Shown here: positions 40,310 through 56,361 of the stretch, piece by piece
How the letters are laid out: every line of letters begins with the position of its first letter
How positions within the stretch are numbered: the first letter of the stretch is position 1
Source: Camelus dromedarius
Taxonomy: Eukaryota
Length of the DNA: 64,000 nt
Assembly (NCBI RefSeq): GCF_036321535.1
Contig: NC_087436.1
Span: 24,244,001 to 24,308,000 of the forward strand
Reading direction: 5' to 3'
Notes under the pieces: generated by a model
Database searches by the model: none
What the model saw: only the letters and a program-made list of their open reading frames with translations
What the model was told of the DNA's origin: nothing
Translations under genes and position numbers: made by a program

Positions 40310-40703
40310 CTAGATGAAAAGCACACACATTCAAGACAATTTCTTACCAAATACACTATTCCACCATAGGATTTAAGAAGGAAAGATGGTCAACTGGTTT
40401 GAATTCTTTCAAAATAGTTTTCTATTTTTTTAAACCATTCTCAGAGTAAGAGGGAAGAGTTAATATGTGAAAGAAATTAGAATTGTATTTCTAAAACAAT
40501 GTTAAAGTACCCTTGTAAATGATTAATCAAAAAAGGTCTACATAATTGGTGTTAGAGAGTAACATAAGAAATAGGACACTAGCCATAACAGATAATTAAC
40601 AGTAGTTCCCTTTACCCCTAAAACGGTCAACTAAACGTATATCAATATAAATCAAACTTAAAAAACCCAATGTATAACCATATAAGAAGAAAATGATGTT
40701 TTA

Positions 40704-41009
<306 letters not shown>

Positions 41010-42134
41010 CTAACATTAACAGGGCACAAAAGCACAATAAATCAGTCAGTACACAGATTTTACTATGCAGGTAGCTAGTTTCTTGTTCATAAATCACTAA
41101 AACACAAATGGAAGAAAAGGTAATCTTCAATTTCTTACAATCATAATCAATGTAGATGCATACATTCTATTGCAATATTAAGTTCTGATACCTTTGTATC
41201 ATGTAGAATATAAGCTCTCTGATAGTAAAGACTTGTTTTGAAAATTTTGTCTACTATTGTAATCTTACTGACTACACATACAACACTGCCTGGCATATAG
41301 TGAATACTCAAAAGTCATGGCTGAATCAAAGAATAAATAACAATCAAAATCTTTAAGTCAGAACAACATAATTCAATGAGAAAAGGATGGCCAAATTTCT
41401 ACTCTAAAGGAACCATGGAAACATTATGATTAGGACCACTAGCGGACATTTCACAATGATCTTCATTCTAATTCATCTATCTGGTCGATTTGGCAAAGCC
41501 ACAAAACTAATAAGAATTACCTGGCTTTTAGAAAGTGCTTTTAAAACATTACTTAATTTCAATATTTTTGGTAAATAAATTATTGGTTTACAATCTCTTC
41601 CCTGAGAGCTTTTATTACTAAACTGTATTTGTATTAAGACAGAAAAGAGCTAATTTTATTTTAAGATGATGTTAGAACATATGACTAGATTTTCAAGCAG
41701 GACCCAGGAGTTGAAAAGGCAACAGAAACAGTATGCAGAATTCACAGTAGAATCTTCAGTTTCATTTTATTAAGATTACCAGATACTGACATAGGATCAC
41801 ACTGAAATGTTAACAGAAACAAACATTTCACAGCAAATATAATTACTTTTATCTATACGCTTGGTACTTAAAACCAAGAAAATAACCAGATATGTGTGTA
41901 TCTGTGAATGTATGAGAATATATAGTATGAATAACCATAGATATGAATAACCATCTGTATTTATGCATGTATGTGTTCGCATATATATAGCTATAGATGA
42001 ATGAGCTAATCAGCATGACCAGAACATGTCTAAAAGTAATCAGAGTGAGAAATATACTATATTTGTTATTCCATATTTTGTGAGGTATAAAATATGTCAT
42101 TTTTCTTACAGCAGCTTGAATCTAGAACATTTTA

Positions 42135-42404
<270 letters not shown>

Positions 42405-43884
42405 TCACTATATGTATTAAGAGAGTATCCACCTCAAAATGGCTCTATTTTTATTAATAAGGAAAGTAGTTCAAACCACGTTATTTATGCATCTAGTTAT
42501 GAAACTACCTTTAAATTTATAAGCTCTTTGGAAGGGCCCACACTTTCTACTCTGTATCATTATAACTCCTACCACAATGCCTTGCATAGTAAGAATGTCA
42601 TAGAATAAACAGGGCAGATAAATGAGATCAAAGCTCTAACAAATTACCTAAAAAGAAAACTGGGTGGGGCAGGGGGTGGACAAGCTGTACTAGAACATGA
42701 GAGTATACTGATCACAATGTTACGTATAAAGGGAAAAAATAAGAATAAAGAGAAAATTTCCATCAATGTGAGGTTAAAGAAAAGAAAAAGAAAAAGAAAA
42801 AAGAAAGGCTTGACTGCTTAATTGGGTTTCTAGCTAATGTACTATGCATAAATATATCTGATGTGGTTATTTTGAATTTTGATGATTATAAGATTCTTAA
42901 TATATTTTAATATTCTTACTATGTCTTAATATTATGCTGAATATGCAACAATGCATAATTTAGGTTAAATAAAAAGATAACAAAAAATTAGGTAAGTAAA
43001 AACGCTTATTCTGTATTTTAGTTCATAATTTAGATTTTTATATACTCATAAAAAAATGTGTAAGTTAAATATACAACCCACACATTAAAAATGCTTTTGT
43101 AATATAAATTTCTAAAATCTAAGAACTGTTATTTGCTTTCAAAGAAAGCAACAGATTGCTTATTTTTATCCTAGTAGAAGTAGGATGGCTCAGTGGACAA
43201 ACAATAGGAGTGGAACTCACCAACTCCCGATCTGATAGATCTGCAACTAAAGTGCTGCATATTCTTGGGCATGTCATTGAACCTCTTCCACATTTGTAAA
43301 ATATGTAGGAAAATGCTGATAATCAAAGGAACATCATGATGATTAACCAATGAAACCATGGTAACGCCTTCTAAAAAGAACTATTAAAATTCATCTGAGA
43401 CCTAAAAACAGTGATCAACTCAATAGCAATAAGCACCCCAGGTCCCATACTGGGCTTTCCCACTGTACAAACCAGGGCTCCTTGGGAAAAACAACTGATT
43501 ACAGGTCTGCTATGGGCAGTATACAAGGTGAACTGGAATATTTTGTCATACCAAACTACTAGGAAGCTATCAACTACTACCCTGGTATGTGAAGGCTGAA
43601 ACCATTTAAAATTGCAGTGATTTAAAATATTAAATATGTTTAAATCCATGAATTCACAGTAATACTTTTAAAACTTGTATTGATCATCTTTGAAGGACGC
43701 TGCTAAACCAGTTCATTACTTTAAAAGCTGGTAAAAAACAACAAAAAAGTAGGAGGTAGGGGAGAAAAAGCCACATTTATTTTGCTTTTCCTATACAAAC
43801 TGAAATACTAGATAAACAGATAGTAAATATATCTTTTAAGATAATAAAAAAATGAATGACAGAATACTACTGGTCTATAATTCT

Positions 43885-43997
43885 TTCTTGGGGGGGTAAT
43901 TAGGTTTATTTATTTATTTTTAGAGGAGGTACTGGGGATTGAATCCAAGACCTCTTGCACACTAAGCATGCACTCTACCACTTGAGCTTTCCCTCCT
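43885..43997 (-). mobile_element. tRNA-derived SINE
   Basis: gtaattaggtttattt...ggaggtactggggattgaatcc...ctctaccacttgagct. Confidence 0.85.
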
Positions 43998-44150
43998 GTC
44001 TACTAGTTTGTAACTCTTAACAGTTCCCAAGATATGAAACAAACACTTCCTGTCTTATCAAAGAACACACCCATGATATAATCTTGCTCATCCCTCTTTG
44101 TCTTTAAAACAAACAAACAAAAAAATCAAATCTCATCAAGCCTATAGTCA

Positions 44151-44347
44151 GACCTGTCCATTAAGAGTCTCCACAATGATGAAATGTTCTGGATCTGCCT
44201 TGTCCAATATGGTAGGCATTAGATGTACAAAGCTATTGAGCAGCACTTGAAATGTAGCTACTGCAAATGAGGAACTGATCTTTTTATTTAATTTAAAAAA
44301 TTTTAACAGCTATTTGTGGCTAATGGCTACCATACTAAACAGCACAG
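44151..44347. mobile_element. MER3-like hAT-Charlie element
   Basis: ctgtccatt...tgtccaatatggtaggcattag...ttgagcagcacttgaaatgtagcta...gtggctaatggctaccatactaaacagcacag. Confidence 0.7.
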
Positions 44348-45116
44348 ATCTACATCCAACTACCAATTTATAACAAATTCAGGACAGAGAAATAACATGT
44401 GAAGCAACACCATGTGGGGGTTATTCAGCAAAATCTAGACTGTAGAAAAAACTCAAGAAAAATAATCTGATTTCTTTAGTAAATAAACTGCAGGAAGAAG
44501 ATAAGATAGCGGGAAAACCTATAGATTTATAAAAAAAAAAAAAAGAGTTAAGAGATGTATCAACCAAATTCAAGTATAGATTTCATCTGGATCTTCATTC
44601 AAATAAACTTCAAAAACAAAGAGAAAAAGTGACGTTTCTAAGATACTTGGAAATCTAAGTATGGACTTTTTTTCTTCGATATTAAGAACATATTAATGTT
44701 CAGTTATGGTGATAACATTATGGTTGTGACCTTTAGAATATTAAACATTCATGGATGAAACAATGCAATGTTTGGGATTTGCTTCAGAATAACACAGGAA
44801 CAGAGGGAAGCAGGTAAGAATATAGGTGAAGTAAGTTTGGCCATGAGTTAAAAATTACTGAAGTTGAGTGATGGGTTAATGGAAGGTCATTATATTATTA
44901 ATTTAGTTTTGAAGATGCTTTAAATTTTATATAAAATTTTCTTCAATAAGCTACTGTTTTACCTTTTTACCAAGTATTTTCACACAATGTGCAGATGAAT
45001 GCATATTCCTCTTAAAAGGAAAAAAAGTTTAAATACTAAGCTTACTGCCTAAATAATGAACACCATTGATCTTCTGATTAAGAATTTCATATATTTAGAC
45101 TTCCAAGGTGTTTTTA

Positions 45117-45212
<96 letters not shown>

Positions 45213-45250
45213 CTAGAGTACAAACACACAAGCACAGTTTAATTAAAAAT

Positions 45251-45305
<55 letters not shown>
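45251..45305 (+). repeat. (AGAT)n microsatellite, about 13 units, ~40 nt upstream of the exon 10 acceptor
   Basis: Direct reading. Confidence 0.95.
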
Positions 45306-47124
45306 CTATGCTTGTTCAAAACGTGTTATTTACTATTACAGGGCTAAATAAACATTCCATCACACTGTCTTTCTCTCTCTCTCACACACACACACACATA
45401 TACACACCCTTCTATAAATTTCTTAATCTATGGATAAAAATTTAAAAGGAAGTAAACCATACATTTTTGAAGGTATGTTTTCAGACATAATTTTCTAGCA
45501 AAAAATTACTGGCAACTCTTTCCCTGCTATAAAATAAAGCATCAAGCAGAACTAGAAACCAGGAAAAGGCTGGACAAAGAGAGGTAATGTTAGGGATGAT
45601 TTCTATCTTGGTTCATTCTTATCTCAATTCATATAAACAACACCCACAGTTAACATCTGCACTTCCAGAATCAAGAATTAAATGCATTTGCACTTTAGGA
45701 ATCAAGAATTATCAAATACTGAAAAGAAATTCTACAAATAGATGATAGCATCAACTCTCTATTTCATAATCCAGGGGAATGCACTAGTAAAACTGAAACA
45801 TGCAACAGTGGGTGGGTTTCTGAGATCCAGGAGATTAAGTGGCTGTCCAGGTTCTGGTTTCTCCTGACTCATGACTATACTACTTGCTCCTGGCTTTGTA
45901 AGAGATCTGTGAATACTTTTAATTTATTAATTCCCTTCTTTGCTTAATCCATCTATAATGAATTTGTTACTATAGAAGCTCTCTTAAGTGACCTCAACTT
46001 AACTGACTCAACAGATTAACACCAGCTCTCTCCATTACATCAGAAAACTCTGGGGACTGAATGGTCACAGCCAGGTTATTCTGGTGCGCCCATGTTCTTC
46101 TGCTCCCACAAGTTGAGCTACATGCTTACTAAGAGTTTTGTTTTCCCAAACCTGTTTGAATTAGTTGCATTCATTATCATCATTGCAGAATTTAATTAAT
46201 TATGTAAACTTAAGAAATGAGAACAAAGAGAAAGAACTGTTTCTATAAGTTGAATACTGTGGGAAGATTCAAAACTAAATTAGATATTTTTTAACAATTT
46301 AGGTTTAAATAAGACAACCATAAAGGGGAAAGTCACAATAACACATGTGATTCTAAAATCAAGACTCCTTCACAATGATCAAGTTCTCACTCTACCAAAA
46401 CTAGAAGTAACACACCACATTTTATCAATGTGATTTAAGCAAGAAAAAAAAGGTGAAATAGTCATCAGTAAAGCCCATACCTTGGGCCTCTCAACAAAAG
46501 ACTGGCAAAAAAGTACACTTTATGTGCTTTAGGTTAAATCTTTAGCATGTTTAATCTGTCCCATCTTTCTGATTCTTCACTGTAACTGAGGTTTCTTTTT
46601 TAATCCAACCAACATTTCTTGCTACCACTGTACTTGTGAACAAAATAATCTAAATTAAATCAAAACACCGTTTAACAAGTATTTTGAATATTATAATACA
46701 TAGCTTAAAGAGTAAGCTGACTTACTGAGGTAGCAAATAAACTCTTACAACAGAGTTTTTTTCTACCAAATAAAGGAGAAAGATTACTAAGCTAAAACCT
46801 AGTGCAAAAAGACAAACCACCAAAAACGATTTCTGGCTTTCACCATCAGCAGGGACTAGACAAAATACTTTAGAAATCACTACCTTACCAACTTTTCATA
46901 CCTATACTGACTCGTTAAAAAGTATACACCAGGAACAAAAGAGACAAATAAGCAGTAAGTTACTTAGCTAAAGAGAGAAGAGGATGAAAAGCAAATAAAA
47001 GGCACAGAACGATTTAAACTGCAAGCTAGGAAGAACTGCTACCATTCACAAAGTGTGTATGTACTAAGTGCATAGGTAACCAAGAACCAATTATTCCAAA
47101 TAGTGAGCAAGAAAATGATAGTCA

Positions 47125-47289
<165 letters not shown>

Positions 47290-47414
47290 TTACATTTACC
47301 CAGACAACTCTAATAATGCATACATTAAAATTTTAATATGCATACTCATGTATTTAAAACCAAGGAAAGAAACTATATCATAACATCATTTTCATTCCTT
47401 TGTAGTTACTTTCA

Positions 47415-47582
<168 letters not shown>

Positions 47583-48666
47583 TCATTTTAGAATATTTCC
47601 TTCAAATATTTTCGTATTTTAAATACCTGTAATCATACAACAGACATAATTTTCTTTACTCTGTTCTGGTTCACGTAGCCTTTCAAAATCTGAGGACTCC
47701 TTTACTTTAGTTCTGAGAAAGGATTACTTGTGTTTCCAAATAGGACTTCTCCACTATTCTCTTCAGCCTCTGCTTCTCTAACTCTCTCCTTTGATTTATT
47801 CTGGAGCTTCTGGATCTATGCTCCACCTCCGTTTCTCCATATTTCTTTTATATTTTCTTTAAGTCTCAGTTGAGAGCTTTCCTTCTTCTATCGATCTTCC
47901 ACTTCACTAATTTTTCCTCAGCTGTGGCCTCTCTTCTATTTAATCTATTAAGATCTTATGTCACATCAATAAGTAAGTTTTTCATTTCCCAGATTCCTAA
48001 TTGGTACTTTCTCGTAACTATTCACATTTCATTCCCTCTCTTCATTGTAGAGTCCTCTATCACCTCTACTCTTGGGCTTGCTGGCACTGATCACCGTGCC
48101 TGTGTTGGTGTTCCTATGGAGTATGATATTCTTTGTTATGAGGTTTCCCCTGCATTTATCAATATACTAGGAATAGCTCGCTATCAGTCTTGGAGGAAAC
48201 ACTGCTTCAAATCAGATCTTCCTGGCTGAGGACCCTGCCCTTTTGTAGATGATATGTTTCTGGACTTGTCCTCACAAGCGGGCCCATTCTTGGAAGACAA
48301 TGGTTGGGGAGAAGAGAGTCTCCGCACCCAAGTTTATTTGAATCCATCTTCCCACAAAGGAAACGACGCTGCTGTTTCGGCTTGGCTACGTTCTGGCAGG
48401 CCACTCTGCTATAGTCACCGGTTACCACAGAAGTTATGCTTGCTTCTTTCCTTTAGGGAGACATCTCTATTTCTGTCAGTGAAAATTTCCCTTTCATGTG
48501 TTTGATGCTGCCATACCTTTAAGAATTTTTAAAAGTTGCTTCTAAAATTATTTTCCCAACTATTTCTATGAGTTTGTAGAAGACAGGTTTCAGAAAATGC
48601 CCAGTCTGCCATATTAAATGGAAGTTTGCAAATGTACATTTGTATTCAGATTTTGAACCAATTCTT

Positions 48667-48787
48667 TTCTTTTTTTTTGGGGGCTGGGGTGGGGCACGGT
48701 CATTAGGTTTATTTATTTATTTATTTGATGGAGTTACTGGGGACTGAACCCAGGACCTCTACCACTGAGCTACACCCTCCCCGCCAT
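48667..48787 (-). mobile_element. tRNA-derived SINE with internal deletion
   Basis: gaacccaggacctctaccactgagcta lacks the central gcatgctaagcatgc segment; TSD accaattctt 48657-48666/48788-48797. Confidence 0.85.
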
Positions 48788-48886
48788 ACCAATTCTTAAC
48801 CGTTATTTTTCTAGTTACACTTTTCAATGAATTAACAAAATATATATTAACAAAAGAAGCAATTAAAGATTAGAAAGGAAGTTTTA

Positions 48887-49102
<216 letters not shown>

Positions 49103-50147
49103 TCAAATATTGGGAAGTAGGTAGATTCTGCATCCTCCTGAGTTCTCAGTTCCCTTCAACAAAACTACTGACCACGTAATTCTATTGTCTCTCCTTTTTA
49201 AAGTTCTTATTTAGAAATGCCATCCTCCTCATGTCCTCTATTTATTCAAGTACTTGTCTAACTCTACGCTACTTTCTCAAATGCACTGAACAGAGTCATC
49301 ATCTACTACTCAATTATTTCTAGTAATGTATGGACAATTTCAACATCCAAATTAATGACCCAATCCAATATCCTAACCTTATGATCCCTTAATCAATTAT
49401 ACAATGATTCTGCTCTAGCAGTCCATAATCATGGCCACATTCTCTCTTCCAGCTACTGGTTTTCTCTCTTTTCCAACTACCAAACAGGCACCTTGCTTTA
49501 AGCTTAACGGTCTTGATTTTCTTCTTGTCTCACTAATCCTCCCCTTCAACCTTAGAAAAAAACATTCCCTTTTCTTCAGGCCTTTCAGCAACCTGTAGAC
49601 TCACTGCTTATCTTGTCTGGACTGCATGACCAATCCCATCCCTAAGTGACATTAGCAGCCCCAAATATCAAAATCAGTCTCAAAACCTAGGCCCCCTTGC
49701 TAATCAATTTTGAGGCCTGTATCATCCCAATTATTTGCCTGATCGTTACCTTTTCACAAATGAATGGACTGAGGAATTGGTTTCACTAGAAACAGATGAG
49801 CTCCAAACTCACCCAAGCTTCAAGCACTGGTCAGGAATCCTTTCCTTAATGGCCTCCCATTCACCAAAGATACTATTTTCAAATGAGGACTTCACTCTTG
49901 CACCCTTTTATCTCATCAAATAATAAAAATGAACACCTACTGAGGGTGCCAGTGACTTTTAAATGTTTCACATGCATTAATTAATTCAATTCTCAAAGCT
50001 CTATCAGACAGGTTACTATTACTTTCGTCATTTTAAAGCAGAGAACTTAAACTTGTCAAGGATCTTTCAAATAGTTAATTGTTAGAGTTGGGATTTGAAC
50101 CCAAGCAATATGCCTAAATGAGCGCATATTCTTAATGTCTATACCCT

Positions 50148-50354
50148 GAGTGGTTCTCAACCAGGGGCATTTTTGCCATCTAGGTGACATTTAGCAAAAT
50201 CTGGAGACATTTTCGGTGTCACAGTAAGTGGAATGAGGTGGTATCTGATAGGTAGAAGCTACCAATGCTGCTAAACATTATGTAACATGTAAGAGACTTC
50301 CACCTCCAACATCTCCATCCTAAAATGTCAACAGTACCAAAGTTGACAGCCTGC
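50148..50354 (+). mobile_element. MER20 DNA transposon
   Basis: gtggttctcaaccaggggcatttttgcc...tctggagacattttcggtgtcac...aatgctgctaaacat...aaatgtcaacagtaccaaagttga. Confidence 0.8.
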
Positions 50355-51692
50355 TCTACATTAACCAAAAGCCTAGTTCACTAAAAACATAAAAACTATT
50401 CTGTAACTTTTCTCCCCTATGTAACATTCATCCATTTTTCCTTCCCTTAATCTCCATCCACCTTTCCCTTGCAGAAGGAACTGGTGGTATAGGAATTAAC
50501 AATGAAACTATCTGCCTAACTATGTCCACTCACCTACTCCAGAAGTTCCTAAATTATCCTGACCATCCACCAATCAATGGTCTTTATTACTGGAATGTCC
50601 AACAATTGATGATTCTACTATCTTAGTTCACTTTTATTCTCTTTACATACCCTGTCCCCAATACCTGACTCACTGTAGGTATTCAATACATATTTTGTAG
50701 AATGAACAGATGGCTGTTTCCTATTTCACTGAATCAACTAGAAGAGAGCTCTCAAATACTCACTAGGTCTACATACCTACTTGCCCATATACTCTACCAT
50801 CTCTCACTACTGTGGATGAACTATTCATGTTGTTATCTAAGACTAACCCTTCAACTTATCCTCTAGATCACATCCTCTCCACTGTACTGAATATTCTGTC
50901 CCTACTAGATCATTATCAAGTGAGCATAAGCACATGCTGTAAAAAACCTTCTTTTGATCCTGTAACCATTCCACTCACCACCACCTTGTATGTGCTTTCT
51001 ACACAGCAAAATTACTCGTATGAGTCATTTATGCATGCCATTACCAATTCTTCTACTTATTTAAATCTACTTGACCTGTTTGGGTTTTACTACCTTCCTT
51101 CCAAATGTTCAGAAAGTCCTTCTGTTAAGGTCACCAGTGACTTTCAAATTGCTAAAATCTATGGGTCAGTTCTGAGTCATCAGCTTGATTTGTCATTCTT
51201 CCTCACTAATAAAGTTATTAAAAGAATAAAATAAAACAATGAACTTGAGTATTTTGAACAATGTCACATATTTCCATAAAAAAACTGAGGCCCAGGTCTT
51301 GCCCTTCATCATATAGCTGGTTAATAGTCAATGCTAGAACTCAAACTAGGTTTTTCAATCTTGTGATCTTTCCATTAAGTCAGAAATCTATTCCTTTAGA
51401 ACGAATAGACCGCTATGGGATGATTAACTCAAATGAAAGAGGATTATGGATCTATACTTCACAAATGAGATCCAAGTGCCTTAAACTTCCATTTTTTCTT
51501 GCTAGTAGCATTATCCTCTGCTGAAAAGTTCACCTGGCAAGAAAAGGCTATATCCACTATGTACACAGATACCATGTTTTTCCAGTATTCAACTTCAAGG
51601 GGAGACAAAGAAATATGAAACCAGCAAACTCCAGTTGCCTGGTCTAACAGAGGCAAAGCAACATCTCAGAAGGCAATTCTTGGAAAGCACTT

Positions 51693-51958
51693 TTTTAAAA
51701 ATTCATTTTCACATTCTTTTTCACCATAAGTTACTACAAGATACTGAGTGAACTTATTGTTTATCTATTTTATATATATTAGTTAGTATCTGCAAATCTC
51801 GATCTCCCAATTTATCCCTTCCCACCCCATCCCCTACCCCAGCAACCATAAGTTTGTTTTCTATGTCTGTGAGTCTGTTTCTATTTTGTAAATAAGTTTG
51901 TCTTTTTTTTAAGATTCTACATATAAATGATATCATATAGTATTTTCCTTTCTCTTTA
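51693..51958 (-). mobile_element. L1 3' UTR fragment
   Basis: ccataagtttgttttctatgtctgtgagtctgtttct; flanks gaaagcactt/gaaagtactt. Confidence 0.8.
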
Positions 51959-52639
51959 GAAAGTACTTAGATTTTCAATTACTTGTTATTTTTCTTTCAT
52001 TTTCCATAATCAGTTCCTCAACTTTTAAAACTATGAAGACTCCTTTTTCTCAGTCCTCTAATAAACGGCAGTACTAGAGATCTTTATTTCAGGATGTGCT
52101 ATCCTATCACAATCACACAAATAAGCCCCGATCTCTGGTTTCAATTCATGTTCTTTCTATGTATCAGAAAGCACTCAGATAAACTATAAAGAACCCTAGG
52201 AGTGCGCCATATGCACGTTAGTGAAGACTGATTTATCAATATATATTATTGGCAATAAAGAAATTTGGTATACACATTCAGTTTTGCTAATAAGCAGTTT
52301 TAAGACCTTAATCCTGTCTTATAGAATTGAGCAACTGCCTCCTATGTTCTAGTCAAACCCTATAATATTTTCAGATCAAAGATACTTTAAAGAAAAAATA
52401 TTTTACTGAGTCACTTCATTACACAATTTATTGTTCACAATTATTTTTCCCATATCAACAATAACCATTGTTAAATGTATATTTTCCCATATTACAAATT
52501 ATTTGAAGTACATGAGTAAGAAATAGATTTTTATTTCTTAAAATAAAACAGTTGTATAATATACAACTATCAGCAGCAACTAGATTTTTCAGTCTTGCTC
52601 TTTGTCATAATTAAATAACAGAATAAATGACATTCTTTA

Positions 52640-52810
<171 letters not shown>

Positions 52811-52929
52811 CTATATATGGATATAAGGAATACTAACAGTAAGAATTTTGTTTTCATATTAGAAAATTGTTTACATGCTTGAACATATACAAGAAGTCAA
52901 AGGATAATATATGATTGATAAAACTCATT

Positions 52930-53960
52930 TTTAAACAATTCCTAAATACCTGTCTAGGGAGCAACTAAGTAAATAATGACAATATTAACTTACAATCCAC
53001 TGAATAAAGTAAGAATCCATAAGCTCTTACATATAATAAACAAACAGGGGAGAAAGGAAGGCTCTTAAGAGTAGACTGTCAAATAATAAATCTGAAAGGA
53101 ATAAGACAAAATCACCATTTAGCAACTATCATAGGAACACTTGTTTCAGGCAAGAATCATAATAGAAGGCTAAAACTAGTGATGAAAAGTTTGGTGAGGA
53201 ACAGCCTACTTAAGTCTCAAATTGTTTATTAAATACAAAGGGAAAATATAACAAGTTTATTGTGTAGAAACCTGGCAGACACCACCTTAAGCAAGTAATC
53301 AAATGAAAAAAACACCATGTGGCTCTTAATGTGGTGGAATGAGAAGGGTTCAACATCACCTCTGCAGTTTCCTGCCAAAAATGCTTAACAATATCTAATA
53401 ATGAGGAAACATCAAACAAATCCAAACTGATGGACATTCTACAAAAGTACTGCCATGACTCCTCAAAAATATCAATGTCATGAAATACAAAGAAAGCCTT
53501 TGAAACTTTCAGTTTAAAAGATGAAGAGAAGTGATAACTAAATGAAAGGCATGATTCTAAACTGAATCCCGAAAGTGAAAAGAAAATCCTAGAAAGGATA
53601 TAAACAGGACAATTAGTAAATTTTGAATATGGGCTGTGGATTAGATAGTAACAGTCTATCAAAGTTAAATTTCCTAATTTTTTGATAATCTATATAGCAC
53701 TATCTATAAAGTTGACTACTGTAGTTATTCTTAGGAAATATCACACTGAAGCATTCAGAAGTTAAAGAGCATGGTGTCTACAATTATTCTGAAACATCTT
53801 TGGAAAAAATTTAAATGGATAAGTTAGATATAGAGATCATAAAGTAAATGTATCAAATATTAACAATTAGTTAATGTGAGTGAACTTCTACATGGAGTTC
53901 TTTGTACTATTCTTGCAACTCTTCTGTAAGTTTGAAACTGTTTCAAAATAAAAAGTTAGC
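52930..53960 (+). mobile_element. Old L1MC-like 3' fragment
   Basis: gaaacctggcagacaccaccttaagcaagtaatc...ctttgtactattcttgcaactcttctgtaagtttgaaa..tttcaaaataaaaagtt. Confidence 0.7.
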
Positions 53961-54007
53961 AATGTATACTTTTTCTTTCAGTTATACCAAGAATCAGACC
54001 TAGTCTA

Positions 54008-54205
<198 letters not shown>

Positions 54206-54467
54206 CTAAATAAATGCTCCTTAAAGAGATCAGGCTAATTTAACATATATACACATATGCATACACACATAAATATATATACATTTTTTTCTGAATTAAC
54301 TCAATCCTATGCAGTAATCCAACTCTTTCTCATAGTAAAATAATTCATTTAAAAATATGATTCCCCAATCACTACTGGGGGAAGGAGGCAAGACTCAACT
54401 AAATTCTTTTAAAAAATGGAAAATTTTGTTATCAGAAAGTACTCACAAAAAGTTTTAAATATTTTCA

Positions 54468-54671
<204 letters not shown>

Positions 54672-55215
54672 TTAAGGATACAACCTATAAGTCAAGAAAT
54701 AGTATCCCAATAATATTCCCCAGGAAACTCAGAAAACTATAGCTATTTATAAAATTACAAGCTTAAAAAGAGAATATAAAGATAGAAGGCAGTTTAATAC
54801 AGTGCAAAGAGCACAGCTTTTCAAGCCAGAGAAAACAGGCCTAGCCTGTCTTGTTAGTTTTGTGACCTTAAACAAGTGAACGCTGTCCTATTAGGTTTCT
54901 TCAAATATAAAATATAAATAGAAAGTCTATACATCAAAGCATAGCAGTTTGGTGACAAAATGGAATAACATACATAAACTGCTCACTGGCACAAAACAAA
55001 TACTCGATAAATATTAAGAATTATCTTTATCTTTAAAAGGAAAAAGAGGGAGGACATGGGTATCCATGATATGTAATTATTTTAAATCCTGTGTGTTTTC
55101 TTTTCTTCAGCTAACAAGGTCCTTAGGACAGACCCTCAGTGCAGTATAAAGTTCCTAAAAATCAAACTCAACCACATAAAAAATAAAAATATTCACTCAT
55201 TTAAATAATAATTAT

Positions 55216-55335
55216 CGGGGGTGGGTATAGCTCAGTGATAAGAGCACACTCAGCAAGGATAAGGTCTTGGGTTCAATACTGACCTCAGTACCTCCATTTA
55301 AAAAAAATCTTAAATAAATTAAATCCTAATTATTA
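55216..55335 (+). mobile_element. tRNA-derived SINE (diverged)
   Basis: gggtgggtatagctcagtgataagagc...aaggtcttgggttcaat. Confidence 0.8.
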
Positions 55336-56211
55336 AAATTTCTTAATAATTAGGGTGCAGGTGACCAAAATGGATAGTCTCCTGCATTCAAAGAACTTAA
55401 AGTCTAGTAAGGGACACAGATAAGTAAGTAAAATTATAGCGGGTTGTAAAATATGCTACAAAGGGAGGAAATATGTAAACAATCCCACTCCCCTAATACA
55501 GGTCATTTTCACTTTACATCTTGATTACTTTAACAGTAACCCATCCTCCTGCCTTCAGTCTCTCTGCTTTTATTCTCACCTGCAAGAGTAACCATCCTAA
55601 AACACACATAATCAAAAGAAAAAACGTCTACAGCCCTTTCCAGAAATTTGCAATGTTTCTCCCTCAGATTAGGTTCAAACTTTTCAATCTAACAACTTTT
55701 ACACCAGGAATCCTCAACAGAGTTAGTAAATACAGAATGTCTAGGGTGGCATGTATAAGTGAAACTACATATTTAATATTATGAACTGTATTCAAAAAAT
55801 AATGTTTTCATAATGCAAGAGACAAATTAAAGCTTAATGAAATCTCCTCAGTTGGTTAGAACATGGTTTTAAAAAGCCTGAGACATACTACCCTTCCTAA
55901 TCTGGCCCCCATCATTTATCTTCCCATCCAACCTCCCTCACCATTTCAACCACCAATACTGAGCACTGCAACACCTTTTAACTGCCTCTAATCTTCACCT
56001 CCTAAAAGATCTATCTTCTAGGAGTTTAATATTGATAAAATTTAAAGAAATTTACGTTCATCAAGAGGAACCCAATTAAATAAAGCATAGCAAATACATA
56101 CAGAACCCACGCCAACATTAGAAATGAAGAAAAGATACCTGACAACAGTCTCATTAATTAATCCTTTGCTTACCTTTTTAGCTTCTCGTTATTCCCAACT
56201 CATTCACTTCT

Positions 56212-56361
56212 TTTTTTTCTTTCTTTTTTTTTAACATTTTTTTTCTTGGTTGGGGGGAGGTAATTAGGTTTATTTATTCATTTAATGGAAATACTGGGGG
56301 TTGAACCCAGGACTTCATGCATGCTAGGCATGCACTCTACCACTGAGCTATACCCTTCCCT
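56212..56361 (-). mobile_element. tRNA-derived SINE with 17-bp TSD inside the U12 intron
   Basis: TSD ccaactcattcacttct 56195-56211/56362-56378. Confidence 0.9.

Larger units (their letters stand above)
43380..44950 (+). mobile_element. Old L1MC-like 3' fragments interrupted by a SINE and MER3
   Basis: aagcaccccaggtcccatactggg..., atgtttgggatttgcttcagaataac...gaagttgagtgatggg. Confidence 0.55.
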
